Source: an uncultured Nitrospirales bacterium (GTDB lineage: Bacteria > UBA10199 > JADGCS01). Taken from it: DNA of 15,539 bases. The stretch covers positions 1-15,539 of the forward strand of contig CAZGMS010000082.1 in NCBI GenBank assembly GCA_964526915.1. Direction: 5' to 3'. Both the position numbers and the translations under genes were made by a program. How positions within the stretch are numbered: the first letter of the stretch is position 1; each line of letters begins with the position of its first letter. The notes beneath the pieces were generated by a model. That model did not search any database, was not told the origin of the DNA, and saw nothing but the letters and a program-made list of their open reading frames with translations. This document shows positions 7,114 through 15,085 of this stretch, piece after piece.

Positions 7114-7179
7114 TGTCATCCCTGCGAAGGCAGGGATCCAGTTTCTGTCATCCCTGCGTGGTCCCTGCCTTCGCAGGGA
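7114..7179. repeat. Hairpin 1 (GTCATCCCTGCGAAGGCAGGGATCCAG) followed by a second fused hairpin (GTCATCCCTGCG-TGGT-CCCTGCCTTCGCAGGG)
   Basis: Same hairpin 1 as the MITE core but with compensatory changes in the stem (CAGC/GCTG becomes CTGC/GCAG). It sits immediately upstream of the GIY-YIG gene. Confidence 0.6.
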
Positions 7180-7199
7180 GGGAACCAGAGCATAGATTT

Positions 7200-7487
7200 A
7201 TGAAGACATACTATGTGTATATTCTTGCCAGCAAAAAAAATGGCACATTGTATGTCGGTGTTACGAGCAATTTGTCCAAAAGAATATTTGAGCACAAACA
7301 AGACCTGGTGGATGGGTTCACAAAAAAATATGGGGTTCATTCTTTGGTTTATATTGAACAAACAAATGATGTGAACGACGCATTGCTTAGAGAAAGAAGA
7401 TTGAAGGCTTGGAAGAGGCAATGGAAAATAGATCTGATTGAAAAATCGAACCCGAATTGGAACGATTTGTATGAAGATTTGTTTTAG
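7200..7487 (+). CDS. Small GIY-YIG nuclease family protein (~95 aa, COG2827-like)
   Basis: True start MKTYYVYILASKKNGTLYVGVTSNLSKRIFEHKQ (GIY...YVG motif with downstream R and E). The track ORF is over-extended upstream through the hairpins. Confidence 0.85.
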   Translation: MKTYYVYILASKKNGTLYVGVTSNLSKRIFEHKQDLVDGFTKKYGVHSLVYIEQTNDVNDALLRERRLKAWKRQWKIDLIEKSNPNWNDLYEDLF

Positions 7488-7494
7488 GAAACAT

Positions 7495-7520
7495 GGATTC
7501 CTGCTTTCGCAGGAATGACA
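7495..7520. repeat. Hairpin 2 (GGATTCCTGCTTTCGCAGGAATGACA), the MITE core second hairpin, immediately downstream of the GIY-YIG gene
   Basis: Near-identical to GTCATTCCTGCTTTCGCAGGAATGAC in copy B. The following GCTATAAATTCGG resembles the MITE GCTCAACAATTCGCA. Confidence 0.6.
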
Positions 7521-7537
7521 AAGCTTTGAGCTTTGAG

Positions 7538-7768
7538 CTATAAATTCGGACACGTCCCGCCACTACAACAACTCCCTGCCTCTGAACACGATTTGGCAGA
7601 GGGACAGGTGGCGTTTGATTTCGAGATCATCCTGCTTGGCACACTGATGAGTTTTTCCAAATCAAGGGACTCGCATTTTGGACAGGCGATGGTATTCTGA
7701 CGCGTCGTGGAGACAATCAATTCAAAAACAGCGTCACATTTTTTGCATTTGTATTCGAATAAGGGCAT
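7538..7768 (-). CDS. FmdB-family zinc-ribbon protein
   Basis: True start MPLFEYKCKKCDAVFELIV...IACPKCES (CxxC...CPxC FmdB pattern) with a Cys/Gly/Ser-rich tail. The track ORF is extended through the upstream tandem repeat. Confidence 0.75.
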   Translation of the reverse strand: MPLFEYKCKKCDAVFELIVSTTRQNTIACPKCESLDLEKLISVPSRMISKSNATCPSAKSCSEAGSCCSGGTCPNL

Positions 7769-7779
7769 GCGTCCCAATA

Positions 7780-7813
7780 CAATTGGCAATGGGCAATTGG
7801 CAATGGGCAATTG
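7780..7813. repeat. Tandem 14-mer CAATTGGCAATGGG x2.4, i.e. three palindromic CAATTG hexamers at 14-bp spacing
   Basis: Seen directly. It lies between the stop of the 889-aa gene (7837) and the start of the FmdB gene (7768). Confidence 0.7.
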
Positions 7814-7836
7814 TATGGAGCAACATCAGGGCGTTG

Positions 7837-10506
7837 TTATGCGGCTGTTCTGGGGAGCCTGTTCTCGTCCATGATTCTTTGATGGGCCAGTCTTTGCAGG
7901 TATGTTCGGATGATGGGATATTTCTCCATCATGTCCTTCAGATCGGCCTCGCTAAAACGAAGGACGGTGACATGGCCTTGCGCACTGACATTTGCCTTGC
8001 GTGCCTGATGGTTGATGGAGGCCATTTCGCCGACTACCGTTCCGGGACCAACTGTGATTCTACGGTCATGGGGCGCATATGACCAGATCTCCGCTAGGCC
8101 ATCCACAATCAGAAAGGCGTCTTTGTTGGTGTGATCGCCCTCGGCGATAAATCGATTGCCCGCGAACATGGTTTCTTCGCTGGCAATCATGAGCAAGGCG
8201 GTGAGGATGGCGTCCGAAATATCAGGCAGGGCCTGTTTGAGCAGGCGATAGTATTTTTTTCGGAGTTCTCTAACGTGTCGCAGCGTCTCAGTGTGCTGAC
8301 CAAGTACCTCGGTCAGCGTTTTGGCAGAAAAAGTCAAAACCTGTGAGGGCATGGAGGCCACAGCACTGGCGTTACGAGGTTCACCAAAGAGTGCTCCCTC
8401 ACCGATGATCCCAAAGGGCACATGGGTGAGTTCCGAACCGTCAGCGTAAAGTCTGAATCCGCCCGAGACAATCATTCTGACAGAGGTGTCTGTTGCGTCG
8501 CTTCCTGCTGTTGCCTCATCTTGAAGCATCAACACCGCTCCTATGTCAAACGTGGCGAGTGTGGTGGCCGCGGCCAAAGCCTGCTTTTGCTCGGTGGACA
8601 GGCCCGCCAAAAGGGGTGACCATTCAATGAAGCGCAAATTTCTCTCTTGTATGCTGTCTTCTGTTTCGGGCTGTTTGGGAAAATGATTGGCCAGCGAAAT
8701 AAATCCCTGATGACCCGCCAATAGTTTGGGGACACCCACCTGGGCCGCTCTGCCGTCACTCACGTGATAGAATTTGACCCGATTCAACACCTCATGCAGT
8801 TCGACTCCTTTTTTTTCTGCAAAAGTCTTGAGCCACGCCAGGGTGACTTCGGGATCGGTATGCAGACCCTTCATGCCAGCCTCAATCAAAATCATGGGAG
8901 GGTTGGGCTGATCCCAGGTGCTTTCCAAAAGATGTTGGTAACGCAGAATTTCGGCCTTGCGTGCCGGGTGCATATCAGGAAACAGCCGATCCAGTTCGGC
9001 AGAATCAGCCAAAGTATCTCCACTGATGTAGAGCGCGAGTTGGCCCCCTGTGTCCGCAGGCGCTGTCCAGACTTCAATGGCCTCGGCGGCCACAGAATGA
9101 CAGGTGTAGTGGGTTCTGAGCCACATGCCCCGGACCGCAACGAACTGTCGAGGTTTGAGTTCCACAAAATTCAATTGAGTCAAACCCTCGGGTTTGCCAT
9201 TAACGGCGATGCTTAGGGTGTATGCATCCTGACAAATATTGTACAAGGTTTTTGTTCCGTACCAATTGAGTTTTGGGCACAGGAACATGAGTTCTATACT
9301 GGCAGGAGTGAAATGATCGGTGTGATCATGTGTGATGGCGATGCCCTCCACCGCGTTCAAGGGAATCCCGTTTTGTATGAGATAAGCAACCGTCTGTGCC
9401 GGGGGGTCGATCAGCGTAACCTTGCCATCCTTCCAAAGCATGAACCCGCTGGTGCCCTCGCCCGAAAAATAATCCGCTGTGCTGATGGGCCAAAGACCTG
9501 CTTCGCCGTCTATCAAGACCCGTTTGCGGATTTCCTGAAACTTGGGATCGAACATGGTTCTGGGATCAACATCGAGATTTTCCACGGGCGGGGCGAATTC
9601 CGGTTTGCCCAGATCGATAGTGCGTAGCAAATGCCCGCGATCATAAATTTCGTACGCCATGGGTCCTTTTTCCTGAGCCTGTTTGACGACAACGCTACCA
9701 TCCCCGATCGTGATTTCGTCGTTCTCAAAATGGGTGACTCTGGAAAAGTCCTCGGATGCCTTGTTGGCGAAACGCTGTGTTTCAGTGCCCAAATCGGGAA
9801 TGCCCTCTTCATTGGAAGCATGTTCGTCTCGTACACTGTCGGTCAGTTTTTGTGGGTTGCGTCCCTGAAAGGCCTCTTTCAAAAAGGCACTGACTTTCCC
9901 TGCGTCACCCGGGGTTGGCAAATAAAAATTAAACCCAGCTTGTTGCAAGAGCGGCCAAAAGTAGGGATAACGGGTAAAGTCTACCGCGTGATAACCCGTT
10001 GTAAATGTCGTGTAACCTTTGACAGGCACATAGTGCAGGGGCATGTAATGACCGAGTTTATCAGAGGGTGTTTTGCCGGGTTGTCCGCCGTTTTTAAAGA
10101 ACATCTGAATGGCATCGAGGTGCGATCCCATGGGGAGCCCCAACTGTACCCAACCTTGAGACGTGTAAACGGCAACGCCACCGCGCCTCATTTTTTGCAC
10201 ATAACCGTATGGTTTGCCAATGGGGCCTGTGTTATCGGAACCGCCTGTTCCACCCGGGCGATCAGTGGATTGTGGGGCGTCCGAGCTTGGTGTTGCAGGT
10301 GCGGCAAGCCTTTGCGCTGCAGGTTTTCTTGTTTGCCTTCCCGTCAAATGTGCAGTTTGGGCCGTTGCACCAGCAAAGGCGGCATAACGACTCGCCAAGC
10401 TTTGTGTTGCCTTACCGCGAGTTGGATTGCCTGTGGAAAGGATGAAAACGTTTGGTGCGACGGGTTGTGCGAGTGGGGCTCTTAAGGCGGTGGTTGCTGT
10501 GTTCAT
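7837..10506 (-). CDS. Large multidomain protein: disordered Ala/Thr/Pro-rich N-terminus, an unknown domain, a metallo-beta-lactamase-fold hydrolase domain, and two C-terminal cyclic-nucleotide-binding (CAP-like) domains
   Basis: 889-aa ORF with GGAGG RBS 5 nt upstream of ATG 10506. MBL motifs ITHDHTDHF (HxHxDH), later THYTCHS, YISGDT and FYHVSDG. The cNMP-binding signatures FGIIGEGALFGEPRNASAVA and VGPGTVVGEMASINHQARKANVSA are each followed by coiled-coil-like helices. Confidence 0.8.
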   Translation of the reverse strand: MNTATTALRAPLAQPVAPNVFILSTGNPTRGKATQSLASRYAAFAGATAQTAHLTGRQTRKPAAQRLAAPATPSSDAPQSTDRPGGTGGSDNTGPIGKPYGYVQKMRRGGVAVYTSQGWVQLGLPMGSHLDAIQMFFKNGGQPGKTPSDKLGHYMPLHYVPVKGYTTFTTGYHAVDFTRYPYFWPLLQQAGFNFYLPTPGDAGKVSAFLKEAFQGRNPQKLTDSVRDEHASNEEGIPDLGTETQRFANKASEDFSRVTHFENDEITIGDGSVVVKQAQEKGPMAYEIYDRGHLLRTIDLGKPEFAPPVENLDVDPRTMFDPKFQEIRKRVLIDGEAGLWPISTADYFSGEGTSGFMLWKDGKVTLIDPPAQTVAYLIQNGIPLNAVEGIAITHDHTDHFTPASIELMFLCPKLNWYGTKTLYNICQDAYTLSIAVNGKPEGLTQLNFVELKPRQFVAVRGMWLRTHYTCHSVAAEAIEVWTAPADTGGQLALYISGDTLADSAELDRLFPDMHPARKAEILRYQHLLESTWDQPNPPMILIEAGMKGLHTDPEVTLAWLKTFAEKKGVELHEVLNRVKFYHVSDGRAAQVGVPKLLAGHQGFISLANHFPKQPETEDSIQERNLRFIEWSPLLAGLSTEQKQALAAATTLATFDIGAVLMLQDEATAGSDATDTSVRMIVSGGFRLYADGSELTHVPFGIIGEGALFGEPRNASAVASMPSQVLTFSAKTLTEVLGQHTETLRHVRELRKKYYRLLKQALPDISDAILTALLMIASEETMFAGNRFIAEGDHTNKDAFLIVDGLAEIWSYAPHDRRITVGPGTVVGEMASINHQARKANVSAQGHVTVLRFSEADLKDMMEKYPIIRTYLQRLAHQRIMDENRLPRTAA

Positions 10507-10790
10507 GCTGTCCTCCCCATTTTATGTGATGATACCAGCCGCATAGTGCTTTTGGTGTCTGGTGTCAAAATTTTCTTGTAGACAGGGGGCATGCGTCAGG
10601 AAATGGTGTCATGTCATCACGAGTAGGTCGCCGCAGGCGGACGACGTGGTGATCTCCATATTGTTTCTTGTGGATCGCCACGCTTCGCCATGAGCCTGTA
10701 AATGGCTCATGGCTCCGCTCGCGATGACGGTGACTTATCACTAATTCATTTTCATTGAACAAGGCCAGGTTTTCTGTTTTATGGCTGGGC

Positions 10791-12086
10791 ATGGATGTCC
10801 TTTTTTTGTCCCGCCTGCAATTTGCCGTGGCCACCCTGTTTCATTTTATCTTTGTCCCACTGACTTTGGGCCTCTCGATCATTGTGGCGATTTTCGAAAC
10901 ACGCTATGCCAGAACTGGTGACGAGCTTTATCTCAAGCTCACCAAATTCTGGGGCAAACTTTTTCTCATCAATTTTGCCTTGGGGGTGGTGACGGGAATC
11001 ACACTGGAGTTTCAGTTTGGGACCAACTGGTCCCGTTATTCGGCCTTTGTGGGCGATATCTTTGGATCACTGTTGGCCATCGAGGCCACGGTCGCGTTTT
11101 TTTTGGAATCCACACTCGTGGGGGTGTGGATTTTTGGCTGGCAAAAACTCTCGCCCAAAAAGCACGCGCTCATCATGTGGCTCATTGCTGTGGCGGGCAC
11201 GCTCTCGGCGGTGTGGATCATTCTGGCCAATGGGTGGATGCAGAATCCAGTGGGTTACGTGATCAAAAATGGACGGGCAGAGCTGGCAAGTTTTAGTGCC
11301 GTGTTTTTTAACAAGTACGCGTGGCTGGAGTTTTTTCACACCATGAGTGCGTCGTATTTATACAGCGCCTTTTTTGTGATGGGAGTGAGCGCGTATCATC
11401 TCATTAAAAAACAACATGTCGATTTTTTCACACGTTCTTTCAAATTGGCCCTCTGGTTTGGTCTGGTGTGTTCGGTTTTGGTGGCCTTTAGCGGTGACCT
11501 GAACGGCGTGAACGTGGCCAAAGTCCAACCTGCCAAACTCGCCGCCATGGAATCACACTGGCAAACGAGCGCCAACGCGCCCATGAAGCTTCTGGTTTGG
11601 CCCGATGAAGAGGCCGGTAAAAATGCATTTGAAGCCTTTTCGGTGCCGTCGGGATTGAGTTTGCTGGCGTTTCACGATCCTCATGCCACAGTGAAAGGGT
11701 TGCGCGATTTTGCCCAGGAGGATCGTCCACCTGTGCTCATCACCTTTGTGGCGTTCAGGGTCATGGTGGCCATTGGGGGCTTGCTGATTCTGCTTTGCGT
11801 GATCGGGGTTTTCAAACGCAACCGCCTGACCGGGTCCAAATGGTATTTGAGGGCCATGTTGTTTACCTTGCCTCTGCCTCTTGTGGCGATTGAACTCGGC
11901 TGGGTGGTGACTGAGGTGGGGCGGCAACCCTGGATTGTGTATGGGCTGATGCGCACGAGCGATGCGGTCTCGCCGGTCGTGACCTCGCAGGTGTTGACCT
12001 CGCTCATTTTCTTTTTTCTGGTTTATGGACTCTTGGGCGCTGTGGGGGTGTTGTTGATGGCAAGACACGTGAATCGTGGTTCGTGA
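10791..12086 (+). CDS. cydA: Cytochrome bd-type quinol oxidase subunit I (CydA), short Q-loop type
   Basis: MDVLFLSRLQFAVATLFHFIFVPLTLGLS...KFWGKLFLINFALGVVTGITLEFQFGTNWS...GRQPW aligns with E. coli CydA. At ~431 aa it lacks the long Q-loop insertion. The track ORF begins at an upstream in-frame TTG; ATG 10791 matches the family N-terminus. The last 5 codons and the stop lie inside the MITE. Confidence 0.93.
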   Translation: MDVLFLSRLQFAVATLFHFIFVPLTLGLSIIVAIFETRYARTGDELYLKLTKFWGKLFLINFALGVVTGITLEFQFGTNWSRYSAFVGDIFGSLLAIEATVAFFLESTLVGVWIFGWQKLSPKKHALIMWLIAVAGTLSAVWIILANGWMQNPVGYVIKNGRAELASFSAVFFNKYAWLEFFHTMSASYLYSAFFVMGVSAYHLIKKQHVDFFTRSFKLALWFGLVCSVLVAFSGDLNGVNVAKVQPAKLAAMESHWQTSANAPMKLLVWPDEEAGKNAFEAFSVPSGLSLLAFHDPHATVKGLRDFAQEDRPPVLITFVAFRVMVAIGGLLILLCVIGVFKRNRLTGSKWYLRAMLFTLPLPLVAIELGWVVTEVGRQPWIVYGLMRTSDAVSPVVTSQVLTSLIFFFLVYGLLGAVGVLLMARHVNRGS

Positions 12087-12217
12087 ATCGTTGTTCGTGG
12101 GGTGCTCTGTCATTCCAGCCTGTCAGCCATAGGACTGATCCCGCTCTGCGTGCGCTGGGATGACAAAACACATTTCGATTCACGATTCACGATCCACGAT
12201 CCACGATCTGCGAGAAT
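12068..12217. repeat. MITE-like element copy C between cydA and cydB (heptad TIRs plus a variant long hairpin)
   Basis: CGTGAAT-CGTGGTT-CGTGAAT-CGTTGTT-CGTGGGG, then GTCATTCCAGC-(34 nt)-GCTGGGATGAC, then AAAACACATTTCGA + TTCACGA-TTCACGA-TCCACGA-TCCACGA-TCTGCGA. Confidence 0.7.
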
Positions 12218-12219
12218 TT

Positions 12220-13248
12220 ATGTTTTTACAATCAATCTGGTTTTTTATTTGGGGGCTTTTATGGGCCATCTTTTTTGCGACCGATGGTTTTGATTTTGGC
12301 GTGGGCACGCTCTACCCTTTTTTGGGCAAGACAGAGCATGACAAGCGCGTGATGATCAATGCCATTGGGCCTTTGTGGGATGGCAATGAGGTGTGGCTCA
12401 TCACCGCAGGTGGGGTGACGTTTGCAGCCTTTCCTCAGGTTTACGCCGTGATGTTCTCAACGCTGTACACCCCTCTCATGATCATCTTGTTTGCGCTCAT
12501 CCTGCGCGGTGTGGCGTTTGAGTTCAGGGGCAAAGTGGATTGTCCCCGGTGGCTCAAAATTTGGGACGCAGCAATTTTTATTGGGAGTGTTTTGCCCGCT
12601 TTGTTATTTGGTGTGGCGTTTGGCAATATTTTTATGGGCATTCCGTTTGATGCTCAGGGCCTGAATCATGGCGGGTTACTCGATCTGATCAACCCGTATG
12701 GTTTACTCACGGGCTTGTTGTTTTTGCTGTTGTTCATCCAGCATGGGGCCTTGTGGCTGGCGGTGCGGTCAGGCTCTGCCCTGCATGACCGGGTCGTCAC
12801 TGTTGTGCGCACCAACTGGTTTGTTTTGCTGATAGTGGCGGTTTTGTTTTTTGTGGCCACGTATTTTGTTACGGATTTGTACGACAATTATATTGCACAG
12901 CCAGTTTTGTGGGTTATTCCTGGCCTGGTAGTTCTTTCGTTATTTGGTGTGCGTTTATTTTTGCGGCAAAAAAAATATTTATGGGCGTGGGTCGCTTCGG
13001 CGGTCACAATTGTGGGGGCCACATTTTTTGGCATCACGGGGCTTTTTCCCCGACTTTTTCCATCAAGCATAGACTCTCAATTTGATCTGACGGCGTTCAA
13101 TGCCTCGTCATCGCAGGACACACTTACCATTATGCTGGTGGTGGTGGCTGTCTTTATCCCCATAGTGATTGCATACCAAGTCTGGGCGTACCGGCTTTTT
13201 TCGCATAAAATTGACCACGACAATTTTGAGCGGGTTGTGGTGTATTGA
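12220..13248 (+). CDS. cydB: Cytochrome bd-type quinol oxidase subunit II (CydB)
   Basis: True start MFLQSIWFFIWGLLWAIFFATDGFDFGVG (DGFDxGVG CydB signature). Polytopic membrane protein. The track ORF is over-extended upstream through the repeat. Confidence 0.9.
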   Translation: MFLQSIWFFIWGLLWAIFFATDGFDFGVGTLYPFLGKTEHDKRVMINAIGPLWDGNEVWLITAGGVTFAAFPQVYAVMFSTLYTPLMIILFALILRGVAFEFRGKVDCPRWLKIWDAAIFIGSVLPALLFGVAFGNIFMGIPFDAQGLNHGGLLDLINPYGLLTGLLFLLLFIQHGALWLAVRSGSALHDRVVTVVRTNWFVLLIVAVLFFVATYFVTDLYDNYIAQPVLWVIPGLVVLSLFGVRLFLRQKKYLWAWVASAVTIVGATFFGITGLFPRLFPSSIDSQFDLTAFNASSSQDTLTIMLVVVAVFIPIVIAYQVWAYRLFSHKIDHDNFERVVVY

Positions 13249-13287
13249 AAAGGCGTAAGGCGCAGGCCTCAAGGTGCAAGGTTCATT

Positions 13288-14622
13288 TCAAATCAGCTTG
13301 TCCCAACAACCAATTGCGTAGAGAGGAATGTGGTAGAGGGTGTAACCGTTGCGTTGCACAATCGAATAGGGGGCCAATGAAACGATCACAGCCTTGGCAT
13401 TATTGAAACGGCTATGATAAATGTCCAGAGCCTTGTATTGGTGTGTGTTGGGCTTGAGGGCCGCTTTGCATTCTAGTGGAATGATTTCGAAGGGCGTTTT
13501 GACCACAAAATCGATTTCAAAATTTTTATCCTTAAACCCGCAAACGTTGGGATGGTCGTCTAGCAGTTCGCTACACAGCATTTGTTCAATCAATCCGCCC
13601 AAAGGCTCTCGCAAGTTGGCATCCAGCGTTTCCAATGCCGAAATTCTCGGCAAGCCGGTTTCTCGCAGATGTTTTGCCAGCCCCACATCAAACAAAAATC
13701 GTTTGGGATAAAAGCTGTGTGTGCTTTCTGGATGGTGTGTTTTTTGTTCAATCTTGTGAATGAGCCTCCAGCCTTCAAGGACAGATAAAATGTTATCGGC
13801 AAGGCGGTTGTTATTTTTGATCAGGGCTGTTTTTTTATAAGAGCCACCCAGTGTGTTGGCCACACTGTTGATGGCGCGGTAGAACAAATTGGCATATTCT
13901 TCAGAAAAGAATTTCAAAAAATCTTCTTTGATGGATTCGAGGTAAGCAGAAAAATCTTGTGTGAGATTGCTGTTGCCGGCTGTGGTCAGATAATTGGTGC
14001 AGATTTGCGGTAGGCCGCCGCAAAGAAGATATTGATCGAGCAAGATGAGGAGTGTGGTGTGGTCGTTGGCAGAAAGCCCGATGAGGTTATTTGGATTGTT
14101 TATGATTTCTTGTAATCCATATTTGGTGTGAGGATTTTTTATCTGTTCGTTTGCACGTATAAACTCTGCGTAGGAAAAGGGGTGCACGGTCATTTGAGTG
14201 TAGCGACCAACAGGAATGCGAATTTCCGGATTTCTGAAAAGGCGGTTCATCATGGATCCACTGAGAATGACTGTTTGATGTGGCCAGTCTTCCTTCATTT
14301 GCCGCACGTAGCGCCCCAATAGATATGATTCGTTGGCTTCATCTATGAAAAGAACGGTGTCTTGCGAAGCGACAAAGTTGGTTTCTCTTTTGAGGACCTG
14401 TTCAAATTCATTAAATGATGCCGTCTTGTCGATTTGAGCGCAAAGAATTTTGTTGGTCTCGAGGTTGATTTCTATGTATGTTTTTTTTGATCGTTCCAAT
14501 GCCAAACGAACAGCCGTTGTCTTGCCTACTTGTCGTACACCATTGATGATAAGAACATTTTTATTTAATTCATCCAATGATATATAATTATTGATGTTAT
14601 TTGACAGGTCTCTGAAAATCAT
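13288..14622 (-). CDS. AAA+ superfamily ATPase with C-terminal DUF4143-like domain (COG1373 family)
   Basis: Walker A GVRQVGKTT near the N-terminus, Walker B-like VLFIDEAN, and a C-terminal FEIDFVVKTPFEIIPLECKA nuclease-like (PD-ExK-type) segment. The gene is markedly AT-rich compared with its neighbours. Confidence 0.8.
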   Translation of the reverse strand: MIFRDLSNNINNYISLDELNKNVLIINGVRQVGKTTAVRLALERSKKTYIEINLETNKILCAQIDKTASFNEFEQVLKRETNFVASQDTVLFIDEANESYLLGRYVRQMKEDWPHQTVILSGSMMNRLFRNPEIRIPVGRYTQMTVHPFSYAEFIRANEQIKNPHTKYGLQEIINNPNNLIGLSANDHTTLLILLDQYLLCGGLPQICTNYLTTAGNSNLTQDFSAYLESIKEDFLKFFSEEYANLFYRAINSVANTLGGSYKKTALIKNNNRLADNILSVLEGWRLIHKIEQKTHHPESTHSFYPKRFLFDVGLAKHLRETGLPRISALETLDANLREPLGGLIEQMLCSELLDDHPNVCGFKDKNFEIDFVVKTPFEIIPLECKAALKPNTHQYKALDIYHSRFNNAKAVIVSLAPYSIVQRNGYTLYHIPLYAIGCWDKLI

Positions 14623-14629
14623 GGTTTAT

Positions 14630-14830
14630 GATACGTAATTATGACCATAATTGCAACAAAAATGTTCTAAGAATGACCATATTTAGAACACGAAGGTAAT
14701 TTTCTGATAATGCTGGGCAATGTGTTTCAGGGCGTCCAATAATTAGGACATTTGTCTCATAATTATGACACTTGTCTTAGTACTGGGACAGTCTCTGGGA
14801 CAGGTACTGGGACTGGTCCTTCAAAAACAT
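14630..14830. promoter_or_regulatory. Operator-like palindromes and direct repeats upstream of the ATPase gene
   Basis: Perfect IR AATTATG-AC-CATAATT (about 14635-14650). IR GTTCTAA-N12-TTAGAAC. Two direct repeats ATAATTAKGACAYTTGTCT each containing GACA-NN-TGTC. Three copies of TACTGGGAC. Confidence 0.3.
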
Positions 14831-15085
14831 CCTAACCCATTATAATCACACAAAATATTATTTTATGGTATTGGCACAGGGATTGCAGTCCGTAAGACGA
14901 GTACGTGCCCATTTTGTTACAGTACTGGCGTGTTTACGAGGGGAATAAAACAGGCATGAAAACTGGCGGGGCAACTCACAAAAAGAGCGTGGCTTGTGGC
15001 TTAGCGGTTATTGCACCGCGTCAACAAATATTATGCGAATGAACAAGCAGTCTTGTTTTCTATGATTTATGCGACTAGGGAGAAG

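Noticed and set aside
6712-7119. 135-aa and 85-aa minus-strand ORFs
   Set aside because: They overlap the degenerate repeat and run antisense to the HTH gene. No RBS or family signature.
9631-10485. 284-aa plus-strand ORF and other ORFs inside 7837-10506
   Set aside because: They are antisense to or overlapping the well-supported 889-aa multidomain gene. No motifs.
10507-10790. Divergent promoter region between the 889-aa gene and cydA, with palindromes CATGAGCC-N7-GGCTCATG and GTGGATCGCCAC
   Set aside because: The palindromes are real, but I could not assign -35/-10 elements or a regulator with any confidence. Noted but not called.
11553-12113. 186-aa minus-strand ORF (His/Arg/Gln-rich), plus 11681..12007 and 11488..11730
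   Set aside because: Shadow ORFs antisense to cydA, with low-complexity composition.
13249-13287. Possible bidirectional terminator between the convergent cydB and ATPase genes
   Set aside because: No GC-rich stem followed by a T-run. The region is better described as the CAAGG-motif block.
14990-15040. tRNA-like fragment (GGCTTAGCGGTTATTGCACCGC)
   Set aside because: Only a D-arm-like stretch. No complete cloverleaf, anticodon stem or T-arm could be assembled.
14956-15042. 28-codon ORF MKTGGATHKKSVACGLAVIAPRQQILCE upstream of the heptad cassette
   Set aside because: It is too short, the RBS spacing is weak (GAGGGG 12 nt upstream), and there is nothing recognisable. It cannot be supported without conservation data.
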